DNA from: Antechinus flavipes
Lineage: Eukaryota
Length of the DNA: 64,000 bases
NCBI RefSeq assembly: GCF_016432865.1
Contig: NC_067403.1
Coordinates: 255,440,001-255,504,000 of the forward strand
Direction of reading: 5' to 3'
Part shown: positions 57,277 to 64,000 of the stretch, in pieces
Layout: each line of letters opens with the position of its first letter
Position numbering within the stretch: position 1 is the first letter of the stretch
The notes under the pieces: generated by a model
Seen by the model: only the letters and a program-made list of their open reading frames with translations
Databases searched by the model: none
Told to the model about the DNA's origin: nothing
Program-made: the position numbers and the translations under genes

Positions 57277-57443
57277 TTGGGGGGGCCCCACGTCAGGGCA
57301 CAAAGCTCGAGGCCGAGGCCGCCCGGAGGCAGGAGGGCGGCGGGCTGAGAATGCGGAGCCGGGGGGCAGAGAACTGGGGGTTCAGAGCTGGGGGCTCCTC
57401 GGACGCAGACGCCCTGGTGCAGAGCCTCTGGCTCCCGGCCCCC

Positions 57444-58052
57444 TCAGTAGCGGGACAGGCGGCACATGTCGCACTGGCAGGCCCGGGCCGTGAAGATCTC
57501 CAGCTGCTCCCGCCGGTCCCCAGGGCACTGCAGCTCCACCTTCACCTGGGCGGGGGAGAGCGGGGGTTCCTCCTGGCCCCTCTGCGGGTGCCCCCGTCCC
57601 CCGGGCCCCCCCCCGGCCCGGCCCCGACCTTCTGCAGGCGGCTGATGGTGCAGCACCGGGACACGGAGGTGATGTTGTGCTGGAAGCCGCTGGCTGCCCG
57701 CACCGAGTGGCGGGAGGGGAAGGCGCTGGACTCGCAGTAGCCCACGCAGGCCTGAGCCACGTGGGAGCCCCGGCAGGGCCCCTGGCGCTCGCTCCGCACG
57801 GTCACGTTGATGGCTGGAAGGCCGGAGGGGACCGTGGAGGACGCTGCTGCTCCGGGCCGGGCCCCCCAGTCCCGAGGCTGCCCCCCCCCCCGGCCTCCCG
57901 AGCCTCCTGTCCCCGGGGGCTTCTCCCCCAGCACCAGTCACCCCCCAGTACTCACGGTGCAGGAAGCAGCCCGGGACCCCGGCCTCCTGGCCCCGGGCCC
58001 CCGCGGCCACCAGGAGCAGCAGGGGCAAGAGCAAGGTCTTGGGGAGGGCCAT
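57444..58052 (-). CDS. GPHA2: Glycoprotein hormone alpha-2 (thyrostimulin alpha subunit); 3 coding exons, 127 aa
   Basis: Signal peptide MALPKTLLLPLLLLVAAGARG and cystine-knot motifs PGCFLHP-NVTVRS, QACVGYCESSAFPS, NITSVSRCCTI, FTARACQCDMCRLSRY*. Exons 57956-58052, 57629-57813, 57444-57545. Confidence 0.97.
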   Translation of the reverse strand: MALPKTLLLPLLLLVAAGARGQEAGVPGCFLHREYWGVTGAGGEAPGDRRLGRPGGGAASGLGGPARSSSVLHGPLRPSSHQRDRAERAPGALPGLPRGSGLRGLLRVQRLPLPPLGAGSQRLPAQHHLRVPVLHHQPPAEGRGRAGGGPGGRGHPQRGQEEPPLSPAQVKVELQCPGDRREQLEIFTARACQCDMCRLSRY

Positions 58053-58129
58053 GTTGGGGGGGTCTGAAGCAGCCTGGGCAGGGGGGAGTGTGTGTGCTGG
58101 GGATCTCTGACTGGAGCCACAGGCTGGCC

Positions 58130-58510
58130 ATCCCCAGCCCTCCTTGCCCCCACTCAGTGCCCCCGGTCCCCAGCCCTCCTTGCCCCCACTCGGTGCCCCT
58201 GGTCCCCGAGCCCCCTTACCCACATTTGGTGCCCCTGGTCCCTCGCCCCCCTTGTCCTCAGTCCCCCGTCCTCCTTGCCCCTGGTCCCCGAGCCCCCCTC
58301 ACCCACACTTGGTGCCCCCGTCCCCCGTCCTCCTTGTCCCTGGTCCCCCTTGCCCCCACTCGGTGCCCCTGGTCCCCCGCCCCCCTTGTCCTCAGTCCCC
58401 CGTCCTCCTTGCCCCTGGTCCCTGAGCCCCCCTTGCCCGCATTTGGTGCCCCTGGTCCCCCGCCCTCCTTGTCCCTGGCCCCTCTTGCCCGCACTCAGTG
58501 CCCTCAGTCC
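58130..58510. repeat. Degenerate ~30-36-bp C-rich tandem repeat in GPHA2 intron 1
   Basis: CCTTGCCCCCACTCGGTGCCCCTGGTCCCC-type units. Confidence 0.8.
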
Positions 58511-58561
58511 CCAGCCCGGCTCTGTCCCTCCAGGCCTTCTCACCACTTTGGGGTCACTGAC

Positions 58562-58640
58562 GCCGGCTTGGGGGGCAAGGCCCGGGTCCTTCCTCCCGTG
58601 GGTCTCTGGCCCGGGCTCCGCTCTCCAGCTTTTATCCCTC
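58562..58640 (-). promoter_or_regulatory. GPHA2: Putative GPHA2 TATA-like box and non-coding first exon
   Basis: GATAAAA on the minus strand at 58630-58636, donor GGC|GTCAGT at 58562/58561, and acceptor CCCAG|G at 58074/58073, 21 nt before the ATG. Confidence 0.5.
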
Positions 58641-60231
58641 CCTGGCTTTGGGGCCACACCCTCCGGCTGGATCGGCTTTCACCACCCCCACCCCTTCCCC
58701 CCTGAAAGCCTCTGGGGGAACTCCCACCAGGGAGGGGCCCTTGTCTCCCTTCCCCTGGGCCCCCCCAGCCGGGAGGGAGCCCTGGGTCTGTGGGGCAGTG
58801 GGGTTCCCAGCCCCCTCCTCGATAAGCTAAGTGGGAAGCGGAGGTACAGGTGGGGCGAGTTCCGCGGGCCCAGGGAAGGAGGGAACGTTGACTGTGCAGG
58901 ATGCCCCCCGACCCCCCCCCATGGGGAGCTGGAGGGGGGAGAAGGCGCGAGACGGGCTAAGAGTTCTGAGTCAAAGGGGAAGGCAGTGGGAGCCCAGCTC
59001 TAGAGCCCAAAGGGCCTCGGAGGCCATCGAGGCCGGCCCCTTGTTCTACAGAGGGGGAAACAGAGGCACAGGGAAGGGGCTGTGCCCCGTGAGGGCGCCT
59101 CTGTGTCTGAATTGGGTGTTCTCCCCCCCGGGGAGCCTCCACCAGGGCTGGGCCCTCGCCAGGGATGTACAGGATCCAAGGAGGCCGTTCCTGCCAGCCC
59201 TGAGTCAGTCTCGTCCCTGCTCGTCCCTTTCTGAGGTACCGGAACAGGGGGAGCACGGGCGGGGAGAGCAAGGCGAGCGCAGGACCCTGAAGTTTCCTTG
59301 GAGGGAGCACCAGAGGGAGGACCAGGCCTGGCCCAGAAAACGCCTGCAGTTCAGCCTTGGCTCTAGGACGCTCAGGGCTTTCTCTTGGCCCAGGGCCCTC
59401 CGAGCACCCCCCACTGAGCAGCACAGCCAAGTCATTCAAGCTGGAACAGAGACCCAAGGTCAAATAGGTCTTCTGGGCCCCAAGGGGCAAGTGGTCATCG
59501 CCCCATTTTACAGGGTAACTATGGGGAAACTCCAGCCCTGAGGGGTTCCCGTGATGGAATCAGGACTCACACCCTGAGGCCCGCAGGCGAGGACCTCTGC
59601 CCAGGTGGATGCAGGCATCGGGCCGGGGGGCAGGGGGAAGGCAGTGGTCAGGGAGGCTCTGAGGTTGTGGGGACGGTCCTGCAGAAGACACCCCCAAACT
59701 GAGCTGCTGCCGGGAGGCTCCCCAAAGGAAGGCCAGGGCTCCCAGGAGGCAGGAAGGCCGAGGGGCCGGAGTCTCAGAAAGAGGCCTCAGTGTGCCTCTG
59801 GGGCCCGAGGGCCTGTGACTGGGGACGAGTCGCTTCAGTTCCAAGGGCCCGGCCTAAGGCTCTCTGCCACAGACGGGCTGCTCTGGGTGTCCCCCTTACC
59901 ACCCCCACCCCCGCCTTCCTCACCCACTCGGAGGAAAGTGTGAAAATTAAAAGGACGGCTCAGGGCAGAGCGGGACTCGGGGCTGCCCCAGATTACGCCG
60001 GCGGGCAGGAGCTGGGCCTGGGAGGGGGGGCCTGTCTCCAGGACATTGCTTCTATCCAAGGAGGAAGGGAGCCCTCCCCCTCCCTCCCTTCCTCCTTCCA
60101 CCGAGCCCAATCGATAATTCTTCATAAATAATTTGTCGCCAGGACCCTAAGTGCTGGAGGCGAGAGTCCCAAACCGCTGCTCGGGCCAGTAACAAGCTCC
60201 TCGAGGACCACCAGAAAGGAACAGCGCTTCA

Positions 60232-60237
60232 TTTATT
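60232..60237 (-). terminator. MAJIN: Likely MAJIN polyadenylation signal
   Basis: TTTATT on the + strand, ~305 nt past the predicted MAJIN stop. Confidence 0.55.
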
Positions 60238-60289
60238 CATCAGCCGCTGACTCTGAACAAACGGACTGCCAAGGTCAAGCGGGGAGCCA

Positions 60290-60470
60290 GAGCCCTGGCC
60301 GTCTCTGGCGAGCCCCGGGCCCTTCTGGCGAGCCCCAGGCCCTCCTGGAGAGTCTTGGGCCCTCCTGGAGAGTCTTGGGCCCTCCTGGAGAGTCTTGGGC
60401 CCTCCCGGAGAGACCCGGGCCCTCCTGGCAAGTCCCGGGCCCTCCAGGCGAGTCCCGGGCCCTCCGGCCG
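60290..60470. repeat. 21-bp VNTR (GGGCCCTCCTGGAGAGTCTTG-type) in the MAJIN 3' UTR
   Basis: About 8 degenerate copies. Confidence 0.85.
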
Positions 60471-60542
60471 GCCAGACGAGAGGGGACGGGGCTGAGGCAG
60501 CCGGGCTGGCTCGGGAATAGGAGGCCCCTTTCTCCGACAGGC

Positions 60543-63169
60543 TCACTGGCTGGCCCTCCTGCCGAACAGCCTGAAGGGGAAGAGGGAGCTGGAGGGAACA
60601 GAGAAATGCCAGGACTTAGGACTTGGGACTGGGAAGGGGCAGCCCTGTGCCCCTCCCACAAGGGATGACAGACTTCAAGCTGAAAAGGCCCTTAGAAGCC
60701 AGTTCCCCCCATGCTACAGCTGAGGAAATGGGGCCTAAAGAGGAAAATGGGAATTGCCAATAACCTACAGCTTTTTCCTTTTCTTCTTCTTCTTTTTTGC
60801 TGAGGCAATTGGGGTTAAGTGACTTGCCCAGGGTCACAAGCCAGGAAGTGTTGAGTCTGAGGTCCTCCTGACTTCAGGGCCGGTGCTCTATCCATTGCAC
60901 CATCCAGCTGCCCCCAGACTTCCCATTTCTATTACCTTTTTTACATAGTATAGAAGGCTCTTGAGTTGGGCCGGGGGGGGGGGGGGGGAATACCCTTTTC
61001 TTATGATTCTTGTTTTAGAGAGAGGGGATTATTTGATTGGTCTCAAGTCAAAAACAAGAGAGAAGCCCTTTCTCACCTTAGAAAGCCCAGAAGTCCGGCA
61101 CGTTTTTGCGTGGGGGGCCCTTCAGAAGGCGGGCTGCTTGCCTTTGCAGGGGGTCTCTGTTGCTCTCTCAGACTAGACCCAGATCCTGTCGGGGCACCTG
61201 GAGCAGACGGGCAAAGAGAGGCCATGAGAAAGCAGGGGCCCTGTGGGCCCAGGGCACCCAGATGTCCTTTTCAAGCCAGGACTGCAGGCTCAGAACACCA
61301 AGCTGTCCAGACACGCGCGGAGCCATACTCTTGGAGAAGGGCATCTCCACAAAATCTCAACCCAAGCTGAGTCTCGATCTGTGATGGAAGGTCCTCGGGG
61401 GGCTTCGAAAGTGACCCATGCCCCCGCAATGGACAGGAAGTAAAAAAAATCAATTCAACAGAGAGGGAAATAGAACAGTCCATCCTGCAGGGAGCGGCAG
61501 CATCAATTCACTGTAGAAAGATGGGCAAGACTCCCTTAGAGTACATAGGCTGGTGCTCATGAGGGTCCCCCCATATACAATTAATAACTAGATTTTTGTG
61601 CATTTTTTAACCATCAGAATCATCTCCCCTCGTACCACTTCCTAATCAATCCTCCCTCACAGCAGAATTTGGGCAAAACCCAACAGCCGTGTCTGTCAAA
61701 ACATAGCAATCTGTACCCATAATCCCCTGCCTCTATCAAACCGAGAAGTGTTTCCATTTTTTTCTGGGACAAGATTAGGCATTACCACTCATCTGAGCTG
61801 GGCAACGTTGTTCTGGGTGTTATTTTTATGGACATTACTAGGACTGTTCTAGAGACCTTGCCTTTATTCTCTTTGCCACACATCAGTCCAAACACATTTT
61901 CCCATGATTCTCTGAACACCTCCATTTCTCATTTCTTGGGGGAGAGGGGGCAATAATCCTCCATGGCATTTGTGCCCTAATTTGTTTAGTCATCCTCTCA
62001 TTGAGGGGTGCCCCTCTTCATTCCTAGCTCTTTAATTCCCCCCACCCTGGAAAGTGCTGCTGTGGACGTTTTGTTGGAAATGCCCAATGTTGTGATGGCC
62101 GGGCTGAGGAATACGAATGAATTCGTGATTTTTCTTGCATAATTTTAAAGTATGATCCAGAAGGCTTAGAATTTCACTTTGCTATTGGTCTATTAGGGTG
62201 ACTCTTTCGCCATAGCCCCTCCAATATTAACTTGTTTCCATTTAAGAACACGAAGCTATAGTCAGAGTCAAACCGCACCCCTGGCACTTCGTACCAGGAT
62301 GCCATTGCTCAGGTTGGGTAACATTTATCGGCCTTCGTTTCCAAAATTGCTCGTTGTAGATAATCTCTGAAGTTCTTTCCAGATCTAGACTTAGGGCTCT
62401 ATCACCCTTTGTTGAAAGGAACCAAATTCTCACTAATTTGGGGGACAGTTTGAGCACACATCCGCTCACCCTGAACAATCTTTCATTCGGTTGTTGATGG
62501 CTTACATTTCTTCTTTTGAGAACCGTGTGTTCTGCTCCTTGACCCAGGTGTTCTCATTGAGAGAAAGGGATTTCTTGGGGCTTACCATGGTCCTTGAAGA
62601 AAGAAATGTCAGAGTCCTCAGTCTCCCCCTCTTCTGAGGCAGATTCTCGGGTCCAGTTCTGATCAAAAGAGAAATAAGGGCCAGCTTTCACCTGGGAGCG
62701 GGTGGTGGGAAATGAAGCCGTTGGGCTCTGACGACCGAGGAGCTGACCTCTGGCCGGCACTGGGGCTGGCTTTCCGTGGCTAATTTGGCCCTGATTTTGC
62801 TGTCTATAGAGAAAGTTAACTTTTGGGTCTCTTTCCATTTGAGCTACTCATGACCGACCCACCCCAAACCCGATCCCTTGAGGTTTAAATGCCGAGAACA
62901 AACAAGGCTAGGGTTACCGGGGCCGAGCTGAGCTGAGCTGCCCGGTCCGGGTGAGCCCCGTCCTGAGAGCCCAGGGCAGTCCCGGGCCGGCCCCCTTCTC
63001 TCTGTTTAGGAGATCTAATTCCACAAACGCCGGCCCAGTGCTCGTCCCGCGCCAGCCCGGGGCCGGTGAGAGGACGACTGTTTGGAGAAATGGCATCTCC
63101 TTACAGCCACAGAGCTTCCCCCAGCGTAAGAAGCTTGCTCTGTATATTTTCTTTGGGTTTCATCTCCAG
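60543..63169 (-). CDS. MAJIN: 3' exons of membrane-anchored junction protein (meiotic telomere complex TERB1-TERB2-MAJIN); partial, 5' part outside the window
   Basis: Exons 61077-61197 (..ASSPPSEGPPTQKRAGLLGFLS) and 60543-60588 (SLFPFRLFGRRASQ*) join in phase to give GLLGFLSSLFPFRLFGRR, which matches the recalled mouse C-terminus GFLGFLSALFPFRYFFRK. Position and strand next to GPHA2 fit synteny. Upstream candidate exons 62586-62658, 62748-62803 and one starting at 63169 are much less certain. Confidence 0.75.
60778..60915 (-). mobile_element. WSINE1-like marsupial SINE (internally deleted)
   Basis: T-rich tail, then CTGAGGCAATTGGGGTTAAGTGACTTGCCCAGGGTCACA..GGTCCTCCTGACTTCAGGGCCGGTGCTCTATCCATTGCACCATCCAGCTGCCCC. 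The family name is from memory. Confidence 0.75.
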
Positions 63170-63597
63170 CTGCGGGATCAGCCCAGAAACAGACTCAGCA
63201 TCTGGTGGTTCTGGGGGTGCCGGCAGGGGAACGAGGTCTGCCAGGGGTCAGGGGACTGTCATTGCCCGCCGGGGCCCGAGTTTGGGGAGAGGGTGAGGCC
63301 GTCAGGCCCCAGCCTGTCCGGGAAGGGGGATACCTGGGCGGGGCGCCGCTCAGATTGAAGAGTTAGGGGGAGGAGACACGAGGGGATGTAACGGGCACCC
63401 TGCCAGCCATCCCATCGATCCACAAGCGCCAACTACGTTCCAGGCACTGGAATGAGCTCTGCCCATTCACCGTGGGCACTCAGATCCTCTGCTCTGCTGG
63501 TGTGGAAATAGCCTCCACTGCTCCTCCCAGGCCAAGCAGGAGAAAGCTAATCCCTCTTCTCTATAACACAGCCCTCTAAATATTTAAAGACCTTATC

Positions 63598-63690
63598 ATG
63601 TCAGTTAATGAGCCCATCAACAAGCATTTATTAAACTCCTACTGTGCTCCAGGCCCTGTGAGCTCTGGGGATGAAAAAACAAGAGAGTTT
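63598..63690 (-). mobile_element. L2 3'-end fragment
   Basis: CAACAAGCATTTATTAAACTCCTACTGTGCTCCAGGCCCTGTG. Confidence 0.6.
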
Positions 63691-64000
63691 ACTTCTTTCT
63701 GGAGACCCCGGCCTCCCCGGGGCCTCCCCAAATCTTCTCTTCCAGGCACTACTGTTCCTTTAGCTTAACACCCTAGGACAGCCTCCCCCCCCGGTTCTCC
63801 AGATTATCTGTCCACGTCCTTCCTAGAACGAGGTGCTCAGAGCTGGACCCCCTACTCCAAGGGTGATCCCCCCTGGAGAGCCTACAAGGGGAGTCTCCCT
63901 CCGCCCACCGGGGACACTATATTCTGCTCCTGGCATTCTGGGGACAGGTGGGAGTAGCTGTCACCCCCACATTGAGCTTGTGGTCCCCTAAAAGCCCCAG

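Noticed and set aside
57677-59003. Long Pro-rich + strand ORFs (342 aa and 303 aa)
   Set aside because: They are antisense to GPHA2 and derive from a C-rich tandem repeat. Stop-poor GC-rich sequence explains their length.
1-64000. tRNA, rRNA or snoRNA genes
   Set aside because: None recognised. The tRNA-like segments are SINE heads.

Overview
GC-rich vertebrate genomic DNA, most likely from an Australian marsupial (inferred from a WSINE1-type SINE and abundant MIR/L2 relics). It is syntenic with human 11q13.1. From left to right: (1) a repeat-rich 12-kb stretch with no assignable gene, containing a 33-bp minisatellite, a ~3.65-kb 9-bp-period satellite and an orphan CpG-island promoter; (2) a 351-nt N gap; (3) the miR-192/miR-194-2 cluster with its HNF1-site promoter (-); (4) a complete 41-exon ATG2A (-) with two apparent 1-nt homopolymer deletions; (5) an intact 10-exon SLC22/OAT-family transporter gene (-) between ATG2A and PPP2R5B; (6) PPP2R5B (+); (7) GPHA2 (-); (8) the 3' exons of MAJIN (-). 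The SLC22 gene is the most interesting feature. I recall no protein-coding gene at this position in human. It has a shortened extracellular loop, His in place of the anion-selecting TM11 Arg, a remodelled aromatic pocket, and a triple HNF4-type half-site promoter. Exon coordinates were read by hand from splice sites and reading frame. Comparisons with human or mouse proteins are from memory and need database confirmation.
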